Notes: a model not told the origin generated them from the sequence alone. A DNA stretch of 64,000 nt from the human T2T-CHM13v2.0 reference genome, Homo sapiens (GCF_009914755.1 NC_060929.1), one strand, 5' to 3'; shown: positions 14,210 to 29,583, counted from the first letter of the stretch. Numbers and translations are program-made.

Positions 14210-15572
14210 GAGAAGTAGACAGGGACCAGTAATTACTGCAGAAGATGGAACATCGAATGCATGTTTTCAGAATAAAAGTGTGTGCTGAGACACATCGAGT
14301 GCCTGAGCACCACCTGTGCTTGGCCAGACCAATGGGAGAAAATGATCCCGGAAGTCAAAATGAGCAGGTTCAGCCATCTGGAAGGGCGTGAACGTGGTAT
14401 GGGGGTGATGAGGGGAGGCAATGAAGCAACTGAAAAAAGAACAATTAAAAAATATGATGGACAAATAAATTTATGTATATTCTACTAGCTCTTTGCTTCC
14501 CATGTACAAATCAACAACTTTGCAGATATTTTTCTTCCAGGAAACCTTAAAATCACATATTAGATGTCCCTTGTTGACATGCTTTTACATGCCTTTCCTC
14601 ACCTCTTATGTAGTGATTAGTGTGTAACTAGGGAAATTATTTTTGATTTTAGGCCAGGCATAAAGTAATTAGGAAGATAAATCTGTTACATGAAAGAATC
14701 AATCCTTTTACTCATTCCACAGTCAAATTGAATTTTTTTAATCCAAGTCATTGCACTCTATGAGAGATTATACTGAGTTTTCTGCATTATTTTCAAGTTA
14801 CAAATTATAAACAGGAAAAATTAGTACAGTATACACAATAGTGAGTTTACATATGGCAGAAATTCAGTTCTGCATGGTTAGCCTCATTCATCAAAGAACA
14901 CTTCAAGCATGAATCTAGACACCATATAGTTTTGTGACAGTAATTTACTAAGGAATATCCTGGTATTCTAAGAGGGTTGAACCACCTTGACCATTCCCCA
15001 GGAGTATAAGACGTTCAGAACCGTGTGGCAAGTGAGGGCCAGGGACTGTGTACAAAATGATTTCAAGAGTCAGATCTGGTAATGTGTTTCCAAGTACAGT
15101 GGCAAGGCAGAAAAGACCCAGAATAGTTACCTGAAATTAAATGTTAGAGCCACAAGATTGAGGCTCCCTGAAAAAACCAAAATGGGCAAACAAATAGTGG
15201 GTTGTAGGGTAGTCTGAGGATAATGGAGGTCATTAAATAGGTCCCTGTGTGTGTTTCACTTGATGCCTAGGGAAATAATATCTAAAGAAGGAGTTAGAGG
15301 GCATATAGGTGACCAGGGATGCTTTTTTAGGCAAGAAAATGTAAATGTGGGTACAGATGAGCTGGGGTCTTTCCTATTGCCTGAGGATGATTCAATGAGA
15401 AGACCTAGTATAGAGAGTGAGTGGAGAACATCCAGCCTCGTTGTCCTCAGTGGAGAGAAGGATTGAGACAGCTTCTGGCAGATGGGATAGCTGTGGACAC
15501 ATTGTAATTGTGCCCCAGATGCTGTAGGTCTGCGGTCGTGCACTTGGTTTCAGCTTGCATGGGCTCTAGAGA

Positions 15573-15810
15573 CAGTGCTGTCCAACAGAGCTTTCAGAGA
15601 TGATGGAAATGTTCCATATCTGCATTGTCCATTAGAGTAGCCACATGTGACTCCTGAGTATTTGAAATGTGGTGTATGTGACTGAAGAGTTGAATTTTGA
15701 ATTTTATTTTAATTAATTTGAATTTAATTTATTTTAATTCATTAAAATAACAATTCAAATTTGAATAGCCACATGTATTTAATGGCTAACAGCCCTATTG
15801 GCCAGCACCA
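15573..15810 (+). mobile_element. MER3 hAT-Charlie MITE
   Basis: cagtgctgtccaa...tattggccagcac inverted termini; ctctaga on both flanks (TSD-like). Confidence 0.85.
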
Positions 15811-16329
15811 CTCTAGAACATTTGCTTTTTAGGGCCTCTGCCCCTGATCTGGTGATGGGGATTTTATGGGAGTTCAGGGCCTCCATAAAAGCTGACTGTC
15901 TGCTTTGGTCTCTTTAAGACCTGGAATAAAGCCTAGTGCAGCGTAGATGCTCAGTAAACATTTTTTGAATACATTAATTAATTAATTGAGAGAAGGGCAA
16001 TCAATCACATATAACACTCCAAGATCCATATTTATTTCCAAAGTTTTACCAAATTGCCATCATCTTGGTAATGGGTCCTTGGTCAGAGTGATCTATACCA
16101 AAGCTTGCCTTTGAAAGCTTCTTGCTAAGGACAGGACCATGACAGTGAATCTCCATCCTGGCTGGCTTCAAATGATTCTCCCAACTCAGGCTTAGTCGTT
16201 ACATATTTTTAAAGGTGCATATTGTTTGCAACATTTGTGGAAAATTATATTGAAAGACTAAGTTAACACATTGTAAATTCTCTCACCCTACAGAGTACCA
16301 GGATCTAGTTTTTTACCATGTGAAAATGC

Positions 16330-16550
16330 CATAATAATTGCCATTGATTATGTGCCAAGCACAAAACTAGACACTTTGTAAGTAGCACTTCCAGTCATTA
16401 TGACAATCCTGTAAATAAAAATTTCCATCTCCCTATTACTGATGAGGAAAATAAGGCTCAGAGATATTTAGTTTACTTGTCCAAGGTTACACACCTTCCA
16501 AGTAGTTGAGCTCTGTGTGCCTTCAAAATCCATGCACCTTTCAGTGTATC
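16330..16550 (-). mobile_element. MIR fragment
   Basis: gatgaggaaaataaggctcagaga...acttgtccaaggttacac. Confidence 0.8.
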
Positions 16551-17789
16551 CCCTTGACTTAAAACACTGTTATTGCATCCTTCAAGGGACCCAAGAGCCT
16601 AGGAATGTAGAAAAGAACTAAAGTTCACTGCAAATTGCTTGTTTTAGGAATATGTAACTAAAGAAACAAACAACCTATTATCTTAACAGGCTTCTTTTTG
16701 CCTGGGCCCAAATATAATTATGCATACTATAGAAACGATAGCCACCTAAAGCATAGTACTGCCCAGTGGAAGAAGGTGGTATTTATCCTAGATGACGAAT
16801 TACCCCCTTAGATAATAAATCTGAGAGAGCTTTGTGAAGGATGACTTAGAAGAAAGACAAGAGTTTCCATTGGGAAGCTAGAGAGCAGTGTAGAAAATTA
16901 TTGTGGTAAGTTTATTTATGTTACCATTTTGGGCTTTTATGAGAAATCCTAAAAGCCACATCTCTGGAGCTGGAAACTTGGCAGAAAGACAAAATAAAAT
17001 GTCCCATTTCTATCCAAGGAGTTACTAACATGATGGCCACGGGAGTCATTCTCTTTCCAGAAATGATTGAGCCAAATGTATTGTGATTAGAAGAGAGAAA
17101 CAAACCTAGAATCCAGTCAAGATGACTCTCTTGTCTCTCATTTGCTGCCAACTTGCAGCACCTGCTGGGAAGCCCAATGCTTTGCCTCATTTTCATCAGG
17201 GCTTGGCTAATAGACCAGCAAGCTATGCAAAGTCAAGCTCTGAATGGCCTTGTTTGAGAAGAATTGAAGACAGGAAAGAAGAAATCTTCAGGTCACGGAT
17301 TCTATTCTTCCTTTTATATGATCTAGGAAGCAAGTCCAGAGGGGGTAGAATGACTTGTTAAAGGACCTCACGTCAATCTCCAGCATCCAAGTCCAATGCT
17401 CGAACAACACCACTCTTCACAGTGAATCTGACCATGACTCTTGCTCCCCATTGCCTTCGTCCTCTCACCCTGGCCATAATTTGTGTTATATTCTTTACTT
17501 TTCCCAATACCTTTCTACAGGCATAATTGTTCCTGAATTCCAGTGCTGAGAAAGTGCTTGCCTGCTATTTGGCATCGTCACTGTCATCTTCCTAATCACT
17601 ACCAACAACTAGCACCTAGCAGATCGCAGTTATTTAGAGACTACAACTGTGTGATGTGCCTGCTGAGATATATTGATAACTCATTTGAAGTAAGCATATG
17701 CCGTAGATCTCTAAGAAGCTTCTAGTAGAGAGGGGTAGGAACTATACAATTACAGATGCCCTAACATAGTTATAATGGTTGTTGTAGCT

Positions 17790-17960
17790 AGTAGTTATTG
17801 AGCGTTTACTAGGTACTATATCTAATGTTAAACAATCTGCATGTATGGTCTCCCTTAATTCTCAAATTCTACCTACGAGGTGGCAACTGGTATTATCTGC
17901 TTTTTCTGAATAAGGAAACTGAAATGGAGAGAGCTTAATAATTTGTCCAAAGTCATGCTC
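17790..17960 (-). mobile_element. MIR fragment
   Basis: ttattgagcgtttact...aaggaaactga...tttgtccaaagtca. Confidence 0.75.
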
Positions 17961-18929
17961 TGCTGACTCTTAAAGATGAAGTTTTTCCATTACCGCATTC
18001 AGGGAGTTGTGTGCCAAGCACAGGAATTCTTTTGCACTTGAAGCTCCCCAGTAATATGAGACTCCCTGCCCTTTCCCCCACATCTCTCCAGAGATGGAAC
18101 CTTGTGCTAGAGTAAGAAGTCCAAAGTCTATGTTCCTGCCTGGGCCTGAGGGAGTCACTCAGTGGGCCTCCCCTCCCTCCCAAGGCCTCTCCTGACTGTC
18201 CCCCAACCCCAAGGAAGCATGTTAATGCATGAATACAGGTCCAGAATGATACATGGGTGGATAGCCATCACCTACCTGGAATGCCAGGGGCTTCAGGGTA
18301 GTTATCATGGTCAAAACTATTAGCTCATCATGTCCATAACTGTGCCTTAAATTCTGTCATTAGCTTTACGTCACAAGTTAAGATCTGCTATTTGTAAATA
18401 CCCTCTTAAAAATGCCAGGATAAGTTCTTAACTCAGAAACCAGCAGGGTCTTAAAAGATCACTTACTGTTTGACATTTGAAGTGCACTTTTCCACAGAAG
18501 CCATGTTAAAAACACTGGTTAGATTTCTACACTGGCCCACAAATCCTTTGCTTTTTAGCCCTAATGTACCTGTCATTTGCTACTAGTAGTACTGTGGTAC
18601 TATTTCAACTCTATCTAACTATGTCTGAAAAATTGTTTCAATGGGAAAATGCAACAAGTTTCAACTCAAGATACTAGACACACAACCTTTCCTTTTACTA
18701 GTGGGACTGAGAACTGATTGCCTGGTCTTCCCTAAGAGTGATAATAGGCATCCCTTGCCCTGGCCCAGATCATTGGCCCTGGAGTTTCCTGTCTTGGCAC
18801 AGGTACCAAGCAGAACATGCTGGAGGCTGCTGTGCGTGGAGTTATGGGAATAATCAGAGAGGTGATGTTTTCGGGAAAACTGAACCTAAAGCCAGTCACA
18901 TTACATAATTAGCAAACCTCATATTATAT

Positions 18930-19400
18930 AATCTGGCAAAACTTAATAAAATTAAATAACAAATATACCTCCCACTTGACCCAGTAGTGCCTGCAGAAAT
19001 CTAGCCTCAGAAACAAAATAATCTGTATATAAGGAGATACGCACACATGTGCGCACACACACATACACTGTGGTTCTATTTTTTAGTAGCAAAATCTGGA
19101 AAACAACATAAGTGTCTATCAACAGGCAAATAAATTATGGTACATATTTAACATGGAATATTATGTACCTATTTAAAATTCTAGTTAGAACTACATCTGT
19201 TAGCTTGGAGGATGTCCATGAGGTATTGTCAAAAAGGAAAATAAATCTATAGGATAATATGCATATTAAAAGTCAGATTTTGTAAAATGGGATCAAGAGC
19301 AGCTGAAAGCAAATAAACAAAAAAAAATCTGCCCTCTCTATGTGTCTGTGATGTATGGTTGCCGTGAGAGTGGAGAACCATTTGGAATAACTTATACCAG
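18930..19400 (+). mobile_element. Old L1M 3' fragment
   Basis: ttgacccag, tagcaaaatctggaaaacaac and aaattatggtacatat...atggaatattat motifs. Confidence 0.7.
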
Positions 19401-19512
19401 GGGGTCAACACTGGCAGCCTCAAGAAAGTAGGGGCAGGCGGTTTATATACTACACTCTGTGCCATTTTAGTTTGATTTATTTTGGAAGCACTATTGCTTT
19501 TGTAAGGCTTAA

Positions 19513-19839
<327 letters not shown>

Positions 19840-19869
19840 ATAACTTTTTTTCTTAAAAAGTTGAAATTA

Positions 19870-20377
<508 letters not shown>

Positions 20378-20605
20378 TTAGAGAAGCAGGAGCTCCAAAC
20401 ATACTTCTAAAAGCAGAGGAGTGGGAATGAAATGGGGGAAAGTAAAACATTCCTGAAGAACGATAGTTCTCCACCATATATATTCCTATAGGCAGAAAAA
20501 TAATCTTATTTTGTGTCCATAGCTCCTGGCATCATACCTAAATCAGATATTGTCAGGATGCTCTGATCTGGGAGAAAAAAAACAACTTCACCCTCCCCCC
20601 ACCCC

Positions 20606-20608
<3 letters not shown>

Positions 20609-20651
<43 letters not shown>
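20609..20651. repeat. (CA)n microsatellite
   Basis: About 21 perfect units. Confidence 0.97.
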
Positions 20652-20656
<5 letters not shown>

Positions 20657-20982
20657 GTGAGATAGGCAGGTGTCTGGGAGTGCTAGAAGATTTTATTTTT
20701 ATATGTAAAGCATTGATAAGATAGACAGAGGATCTTAGCTAGGGATGACTCCTTGGAAGAGAGAGTTCAGTAAGTCATTTATACCTTAAATAAGAATGAG
20801 CTCATCAGGATATTCTTCTATATTCCTTGCCCAGGATTTGGCAGAGTGACAAAGAAACATGCCAAATAGAGACTGAATAATAGTTCTGCTAGATGACTTA
20901 TGTCTTGCAGAACAAACATTTCCCAGATCTGTTAGAGTATCAAAGCATCATCTTCCCTTTTCAATATTTTGACAACATAAAA

Positions 20983-21032
20983 ATCATCATCATCATCATC
21001 ATCATCAATATCATCATCATCATTTTCATCAT
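20983..21032. repeat. (ATC)n microsatellite at the tail of a minus-strand MIR (~21045-21210)
   Basis: atcatcatcatcatcatcatcatc with interruptions. Confidence 0.9.
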
Positions 21033-21289
21033 GACCACTAAGGTGAATTGAGTGCTTGTGTTCCAGGCACTCTGCTAAAAGCTTTATATCCACTATCTCA
21101 TTTTATGTGTATAACATCCCTATGAGGTAAGGCTCTATTATTATCTTTAATTTACACATAGGGAAATTGAGCCAGGATTCAGACGCACTTTATTTGATTC
21201 AATACCCATACTCTTAATAAACTTGGGAGGCAGTTGCTACAACATACTTGTTAGGGCTCAAACCAGCTCCCTGAAATCAAACTTCCATG

Positions 21290-21625
21290 AGTGTAAAGTG
21301 ACATATGTGGGTTCCCCAGAAATCAATTTCATTAGTCTGTGATGACATATCCCCAGATTGGAAACAGCCCTCATGAAAAGCTGCTGAGGATTTAGCCGAT
21401 CATGAGCCTGACCTGAGCCAAGAGTGTGATGTAGCTATTAAAACAACAATCTGACACTGATTCAATAGAAGTACAGGGTTGTAATGTTATTAAGTAACAG
21501 GTCTGTCATACTCTATTGTTCAAAAACAAAATATCAGGAATATTTTTTCTTGTGGACAATACATTTTAAAAATAAGCATGTATGAACAACAGTGTGTCGG
21601 GAGAAGCATGACAAAGAATTTTCAA
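21290..21625 (+). mobile_element. L3/CR1 LINE fragment
   Basis: tgagccaagagtgtgatgtagct...aatagaagta...acattttaa resembles the CR1 ORF2 3' region. Confidence 0.6.
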
Positions 21626-21629
21626 GGTA

Positions 21630-21850
21630 CTCAGTGGTACTTACTCTAGGCCAGGCACCTGCTGAGTGCTTTACATGCATTGTCTAATTTAATTTTCACA
21701 ATGCCTCTAGAAGGTGTGTACTCTGTTTTTCACAAAAGAGAAAATGAGGATTAGGGTACTTAAGAAATGTGTCCTAGGTTGAACAATTGATAAATGCAGA
21801 GCTGGGATTTCATACCAGGCTTGCCTGAAACCAGAGCCTAGGGCACTGTC
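21630..21850 (-). mobile_element. MIR fragment
   Basis: ggccaggcac...gtgctttacatgcattgtctaatttaat...gcagagctgggattt. Confidence 0.8.
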
Positions 21851-23199
21851 TCTAGCCAGGACCCAAAAAATTGTGACCTGCATGCAACTATGCAGCAAGT
21901 TTAGGATGAGCTCAGAGAAAATAAGACTTTGGGGAAAAACCCACTGGTTGTCTTTGGTATCTGGGTAAATGTATAACATAGATATGTTTTATTTAGTCCA
22001 CATTGTAGTTACTGTTTTTTCTTTTTAAAGAGAACTTTACACAATGATTCTTATTCCTACTTTGCTTAAAAAATTTTGTAGGCAATACCAGACCCTCATT
22101 TTTAGCCTTGAGAGCTGCAGAGCATCTTCCCCAATCAAAGGGCATAGATTTGCCAGTTTATTATAGTGCCCACAATGCCTTACAAAATCTTTCACCTAAT
22201 TCTTTTAAGCCACCCATCTGGCTCCAGGGGGAAAGAGGGAAAACTGTGTTCTGTTGAGCTCCAGCGAGTAGAAGGGAGGCCAATTCCTTTCAGCAGAGAA
22301 GCCCTTTCTATAAGGTAGTTCAAGTTAATGGTTTAGACCAAAAACTTCATGAGATTGTGAGGTTCCCATCTGTGGAAATAATCACATGGGGTTTCGACAT
22401 GTCAGAGATTCTGTGTCAGGTTAAGATACTGGAATAGATGAACTCCATGATCTCACCATTCTGGCTCTCATATAATAGGTCCTTAATATCTGTTTTTAGG
22501 TTTCAAAGTCCCCGCTGGAACATTTTCTTGCAGGGATATTTTCTTTCAAGAAAATAATACCTGCAGAATGGGAAAGAAAATTGGTGCTGTTTGCATGTTC
22601 TTTACCATGCAGGTATTATCGTCTTAATAAGAAAAGATAAGCTAGAAAGAGCAGATGATTATAGTCAGGTATTTCACTCAGTCAGGATTTTTTCTGCCTA
22701 TGAGTAGTTGAATGTTGTTTTCTGCCAGTTAATTTTCCTATAAGCTATTGCAAGATTCTTGCTAGTGGACAAATAACATTTGAATTCCTAGGGAAAAGGG
22801 GCTTCTTTAACAGATCTAATACTGGCAATTTTGAAGGATGAAGAGAGATACTTTTTAAGTGAGCTCATCAAATAAAAAAGACTGTTGTTGGGACAATAGA
22901 TAACTTTTTTGCTTATAAAATTTCGATAAATACATGTGATAATGGTTTGAAATAGTGACATGTAATATATTTTTAGTTATGTAACTAAATGTAAACTTTA
23001 AATTTGTAATTTTAGTTACTTGTGTGGACAGACAAAATGGAACATGTGTATGATAAAAATAACACTTCACATTTTTATTGTACTTTCCAAAGCCCTATCC
23101 TACCATTGAATTTAATTTATGCAACAATTTTGTGTGATGTTTTCTCAGTTAACACATATGATATTTCGGTGTAATTGTGTCATAGCCCTTAAGTTTTGG

Positions 23200-23345
23200 T
23201 AGGAGTGGCAAACCCCAATGCCTGTAGGGGTAAGGCAGGTAATGTAATGAGCAAAACAGAGGCACATGTAAGAAACAACAACGCAAGGACATTGATAAAA
23301 GACAGTTCACATTTGGCCTCAGTGTTGGGGAGAACAGTGTGATGG
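23200..23345 (-). mobile_element. MER102-like hAT-Charlie relic
   Basis: aggagtggcaaac...aatgcctgtagggg...ggcaggtaatgtaa terminus. Confidence 0.5.
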
Positions 23346-23574
23346 ATCAGTCTGTGCTTAACACAGTCACTCAGCATATATTTCCATATTCTTCTACGTA
23401 CGTTTCTGGACTACAGCTAGTGTCCTACAGGTGAATTAGGCTCTGTGAATTAGATGCCTTTGTGTGTGATTTGGACGGCTAGATTGGGGGCTTCTTTCTC
23501 CCGCTGTTTTACTTGGCAAATAAGGTTGCAGGTTGTAGAGAGGCAGCTGTAGCCAGAGTACTGGCCTTCTGATC

Positions 23575-23661
23575 TCAGGATCGCTGACACAATCAGCATT
23601 CAGAATCGCTGATATAATCAGCATTCAGAATCGCTGATATAATCAGCATTCAGAATCGCTG
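23575..23661. repeat. 25-bp tandem repeat, ~3.5 copies
   Basis: Unit tcagaatcgctgatataatcagcat; copies 2 and 3 identical, copy 1 has 3 differences. Confidence 0.95.
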
Positions 23662-23907
23662 CGTTCTTGAAGAGCTAGAAATCAAGATGTGAAATAAATT
23701 GTGAATAAATGTGAAATAAATTGATTTTTAAAATATACTTAATACTTGATTTTTTAAATATACTTACTGTGAACTACATTGGTTTCTTAAAATATACTTT
23801 TCAGGAATACTTTTAGATTTACTTGAAGGTTATGAAGATAGTACAGAGAGTTCGCATCTTTTCCACACCAATTTCCTCTATTATTAGTACCTTAAACTCG
23901 TATGGTA

Positions 23908-24124
23908 CAAGCTGAGTATCCCTTGCGGAATCGGAAGTGTTTTGGATTTTGAATTGTTTTGGATTTTTGCATTATACTTAGTGGTTGAGCGTCGCTAATT
24001 GAAAAATCCAGAATACCAAATGCTTCTCTGAACATTTTCTTTGAGAATCATATCAGTGCTCAAAACATTTCAAATTTTGGAGCACTTCAGATTTTGGGTT
24101 TTCTAATTGGGGATGATCAACCTG
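23908..24124 (+). mobile_element. Tigger4a (MER46A-like) TcMar MITE
   Basis: TA-caagctgagtatccc ... ggggatgatcaacctg inverted termini. Confidence 0.85.
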
Positions 24125-24441
24125 CATATTTGTTAAAATTATTGCACTAATATTGATACACCATTATTAATGAATATCCATACTTCGTATGGATTTCTTC
24201 GGTTTTTACTTTACATCCTTTTTTGACCCAAGATCCCACTGAAGATATAACATTAGATTTAGTTGCCATGTCTCTTTAGGTTCCTCTTGGCTGTGAAAGT
24301 TTCTGAGACTCCTTGTTTTTGGTGACCTTGATAGTTTTACAAAATACTGAGAAGGTATTTTGTAGAGGTCCCCTCAATAGGGGTTTGTCTGATGTTTTTC
24401 TCATAATTAGACTGGGATTATAGGTTTTTGGAAAGAAGAAT

Positions 24442-24869
24442 TGTCATGCCAGACCCCTAATGATGCCAGTAGGGATGGCACTGTGTCTGCAGGTCTAAGA
24501 GGAGACCCAGAGCCAGCAAAGGAGACATAGGGTTTATGGAGGACTTACATACAGCGACTGTGGGCTGGACAGGAGAAGCACTATCATTTGTAAAAAGCAT
24601 GCAGTTTAAATAGCATTTTTTACTTAGCACTGTCCCTCTAGAAACCTCCATTTAACTCAAAACAGGGTTCTCAATTCCCTGAATAGCTGCATAACAAGGA
24701 ATGGGTCAGGTGTTCTGATGTCCTTCTTAAATAAGGAGTAAACCTCTGGGTTGGCCACTCCTGGATTCCTTAGTTTGGAATTCTGAGCCAACATTCTTCT
24801 TAGACCACAGTGTCATGCTTGGGGTATGCTTAAGTTATTGCTGACAGGTGAGGATACATCTGTCATATA
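24442..24869 (-). mobile_element. LTR47-like ERVL solo LTR
   Basis: tgtcatgccagacccct...gcatgcagttta...gggttggccactcctggattccttag...tatgcttaagttattgctgacaggtg. Confidence 0.8.
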
Positions 24870-26197
24870 AGAGCACAGAGGCAAAGTGCCATTCTCATCA
24901 CATCATATCAAGGGTACATATTATAAATATGACTGATTATACTAACCTTGATGACCTGGTTGAGGTAGTGTCTGTCTGCTGTCTCCACTGTAAAGTTACT
25001 CTTTCACCCCCTCTCCATACTGTACTCTTTAGAATAAAGTCACTATGCACAGCCTCCTTGGGAGTTGATATGGTTTGGCTGTGTCCCCACCTAAAATCTC
25101 ATCTTGAATTGTAATCCCCATAATCCCTATAATCCCTACGTGTCAAGGGCGGGACCAGGTGGAGGTAATTGAATCATGGGGGTGGTTTCCCCCATACTGT
25201 TCTCATGATGGTGAGTGAGTTTCATGAGATCTGTTGGTTTTATGAGTGTCTGTCATTTCCCCTGCTTGCACTCATTCTCCCTCCTGCTGCCCTGTGAGGA
25301 GATGCCATTCACCATGATTGTAAGCTTCCTGAGGCCTTCCAAGCCATGAGGAACAATAAGTCAATTAAACCTTTTCTTTATAAATTACCCAGTCTTTGGT
25401 ATTTCCTTATAACAATGTGAGAACGAACTAATACAGTAAATTGGTACCAAGGTAGTGGGGTATTGCTATAAGATACCTGAGAATGTGGAAGCAACTTTGG
25501 AACCAGGTAATGGGCAGAGGTTGGAACAGTTTGGTAGGGCTTAGAAGAACACAAGAAAATGTGGGAAAGTTTGGAATTATCTTGGGACTTATTGAATGGC
25601 TTGGACCAAAATGTTGATCATGATATAGATAATAAAGTTCAGGCTGAGGTGGTCTCAGATGGAGATGAGGAACTTTTTGGGAACTGGAGTAAAGGTGACT
25701 CTTGCTATGCTTTAGCAAAGATACTGGAAGCATTTTGCCCCTGCCCTAGAGATCTGCGGAACTTTGAACATGAGAGAGATAATTTGGGGTATCTGGCAGA
25801 AGAAATTTCTAAGCATCAAAGTATTCAAGAGGAAGCTTGTTAGGAAGCTTCAAATGTTTGGAAAATCTGCTGCTTGACAATAGAATAAAAAAGAAAAACC
25901 CATTTTCTGGGGAGAAATTCAAGTTGCTGCAGAAATTTGCATAAGTAACAAGGAGCCAAATGTTAATCACCAAGACAATGGGGAAAATGTCTCCAGGGCA
26001 TGTCAGAAGTCTTCACAGCAGCCCCTTTCATCATGGGTCTGGAAGCCTAAGAGGGAAAAATGGTTTGTGGGCTGGGCCTGGGGCTACCTCTCCCCCTGCC
26101 AACCCCCCCACCCCCCAACTTCTCTGTGCAGTCTTGGGACGTGGTACCCTGCATCCCAGCTGCTTGTTTCAGCCTTGGCTAAAAAGGGTCAAGGAGG

Positions 26198-26532
<335 letters not shown>

Positions 26533-27667
26533 TTACTTCAGAGGGTACAAGCCCCAAGCCTTGGTGGCTTCCACATGGTGTTGAGCCTGTGAATGCACAG
26601 AAATCAAGAATCAGGGTTTGGAAACCTCTGACTAGATTTCAGATGATGTATGGAAATACCTGGATGTCCAGGCAGAAGTTTGCTGCAGGGGCAAAGTCCT
26701 CACAGACAACCTCTGCTGGGAAAGTGCAGAAGGGAAATGTGGAGTCAGACACAGTGGGGACAGAGTCCCCACTGGGGCACCACCTAGTGGAGCTATGAGA
26801 AGAGGGCCACCACCCTCCAGACCCCATAATGGTAGATCTACTGACAGCTTGCACTGTGAGCCTGGAAAAGCCACAGACACTCAATGAAGAGCAGCCAGGA
26901 GGGGAGTTTTACCCGTCAAAGCCACAAAGGCAGAGCTGCCCAAGGCTATGGGAGCCCACTTCTTGCATCAGTGTGACCTGAATGTGAGCCATTGAGTCAA
27001 AGGAGATTATTTTGGAACTTTAAGGTTTAATCACTGCCTTGTTGGATTTGAGACTTGCATGGGGCCTGTAGCCCCTTTGTTTTGGCCAATTTCTCCCATT
27101 TCGAATGGACCTATTTACCCAATGCCTGTACCCTCATTGTATCTAGGAAGTAACTAATTTGCTTGTGATTTTACAGGCTTTTAAGCAGAAGGGACTTGCC
27201 TTGTCTCAGACGAGACTTTGAACTTGGACTTTTGGGTTAATGCTGGAATGCTTTAAGATTTTGGGGCTGGTGGCATAATTGTGTTTTGAAATGTAAGGAC
27301 ATGAGATTTGCAGGGGAACCAGGGGTGGAATGATATGGTTTGGCTGTGCCCCACCCAAAATCTCATCTTGAATTATAATCCCCATAATCCCCACGTGTCA
27401 AGGGTGGGACCAGGTGGAGGTAATGGAATCACAGGGGTGGTTTCCTCCATGCTTTTCTTGTGATAGTGAGTGAGTCTCACAAGATCTGATGATGGTTTTA
27501 TAACCATCTGGCATTTCCCTTGCTTGCAGTCATTCTCTCTCCTGTTACCCTGTGAAGAGATGCCTTCTGCTATGATTGTAAATTTCCTGAGGCCTCCCAG
27601 CCATGCAGAACAGTGAGTCAATTAAACCTCTTTCCTTTATAAATTACCCAGTCTCCAGTATTTTCTT

Positions 27668-27946
27668 TTTTCTTTTACTTTTAGATGGAGTCTTGCTTTG
27701 TCACCCAGTCTGGAGTGCAGTGGTGTGATCTTGGCTCATGCAACCTCTGCTTCCCAGGTTTAATCAATTATCCTGCCTCAACTTCCCAAGTAGCTGGGAT
27801 TACAGGCATGCGCCACCATCCCTGGCTAATTTTTGTATGTTTAGTAGAGATGGGGTTTCACCATGTTGGCCAAGCTGGTCTCAAACTCCAGACCTCAAAC
27901 AATCCACCCGCCTCAGCCTTACAGACATAAGCCACTGTGCCTGACC
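27668..27946 (-). mobile_element. Alu (S/J-like) inside THE1 3' LTR
   Basis: TSD-like gtctc...gtattttctt on both sides; small deletion in left arm (cctcagcc^ttacag). Confidence 0.92.
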
Positions 27947-28934
27947 TGTCTCAGGTATTTTCTTATAGCAATGTGAGAATGAACTGATACAGGAGTGAAG
28001 TAGCTACATAATTTATGTGGAATTCTTCTTTTTGAGATACTTTTCTCTTCTCCCATTTATTAGTTTATTCAATAATTTCTTTACGTAAGTATGAATGCAT
28101 GGATATTTATATTTTGAGTTACAATTCAATATTATGTTATTTCCTTTGTTGCTCAAATTGTTGACAATATTGGCCATTGGGAGCTCTTTCAGTTGGCTCC
28201 CATGTTCCTCTGTCATCCCCCCACCATTCTGCGAGTTTTTTTGGCTTTGGGGTTTTTTTTGGAGTACTTCCTTAATTTCTAGTACTATAAGATGCTTCAG
28301 ACTTATCTTGTATATTCCCTGCCTCAAGTCTAGAATCAGCCATTTATCAGTTGATTCTTAAATCTTGCCTTGAAAGAAAAATGTTTTTTTTTCTCTTTTT
28401 TTTTTTGAAACAAAGGGCAGAACAAACAAAGCACATCTGTGAGCTAGATCAAGGCTGTGAACCACCAGTTGGTGACTATGGCTAGTGGATTCCATTCCAA
28501 ACACTGTAGTATCACTCTTTTGTGTCTATTGTTAGCTTATGAGTGCTCTCACCTCACAGCTCATATCAAATTTGCTCTCATTCTCTTCATTCACACAGGT
28601 AGAGATGACTGTTCATGGTTCTTTTATTTTAAAAGTGGTCAAGTATTAAGATAAATCAATCACTTAGAAGGCATGGTAGTGAATTCAGGTGAAATACAGT
28701 GATCCTGTACACTCTCTTTCCCAAAAAAGGACAGTCTATTTGAGACAGAAAGGATGGATAAAATAAGACTCTACTCACAAAAAAAGCCAAAATGTAGTAA
28801 GTGCCACAAGTTGGCAATGTACACATATGAAATCAGGACAGCATAGAATAAGAGAAAGCAGTGGAGACTCTGAGGACCCGAGACGGACCATGAATTAATA
28901 GATCATGATTGATTGCTCTCTCATGATTGGTGGC

Positions 28935-29186
28935 TTCTGTGGAGAGCAAGAGAGCGCCAGCATTGTGTAGGTGGGCTGACCACCACTCAGCTCTAGATGA
29001 TTGTTATCACACAGAAAAGAGGGCCTTGTGTTGTCCAGTCTTCTGATTTTCAACAGAAAACTGAAGGTTTTCTAAAATCACTCCATTTTTAATTACTGAC
29101 AGCATATTCCTTCCCTCTCCCTCTCAAAAAACACTAAAACGATTTGAAATTTAACCTCTTTGGGGCCACCAGTTTGAGACCACTGC
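28935..29186 (-). mobile_element. MER102-like hAT-Charlie relic
   Basis: actcagctctag...gtgttgtccagtcttctgattttcaa...gccaccagtttgagaccactg. Confidence 0.6.
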
Positions 29187-29583
29187 AGGGAGGATATTGC
29201 TGATGTGCTTTCATAGAATTTCAGGCATCAGGCAGGTTCTGGAGGCCTTTTTTAGACTCAGCGTTCTCCGTTTTTAGACCCTAGGTCTAAAAAAGTTGCT
29301 CCTGTGTGAGCAACTGCTCCTTCCCTGAGTGGAATGCTGACTCCAGCCCATTCTCCTAGTACTTTGTCAATACCACTACTGGGAAAAGCTGAAACAACAG
29401 GACTTAAACAAGAACTTTGCCACAAGATGTGCTGCTTTCTTCTGTTTCTTGCATTTAGAAAAATTTGCTGAAAACATTCTCAACCGTCACAGGCTAGCTG
29501 AGGTGCTATGAGACTCAAGGTTTCAGTGACATAATCGTCATTACTAACACAGCAAAGTGAGCACTTAGAAAATGGTTGACTTT

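Noticed and set aside
23575-23661. Palindromic 25-bp repeats resembling a CRISPR array
   Set aside because: Units are directly adjacent with no unique spacers, there are no cas genes, and the DNA is primate.
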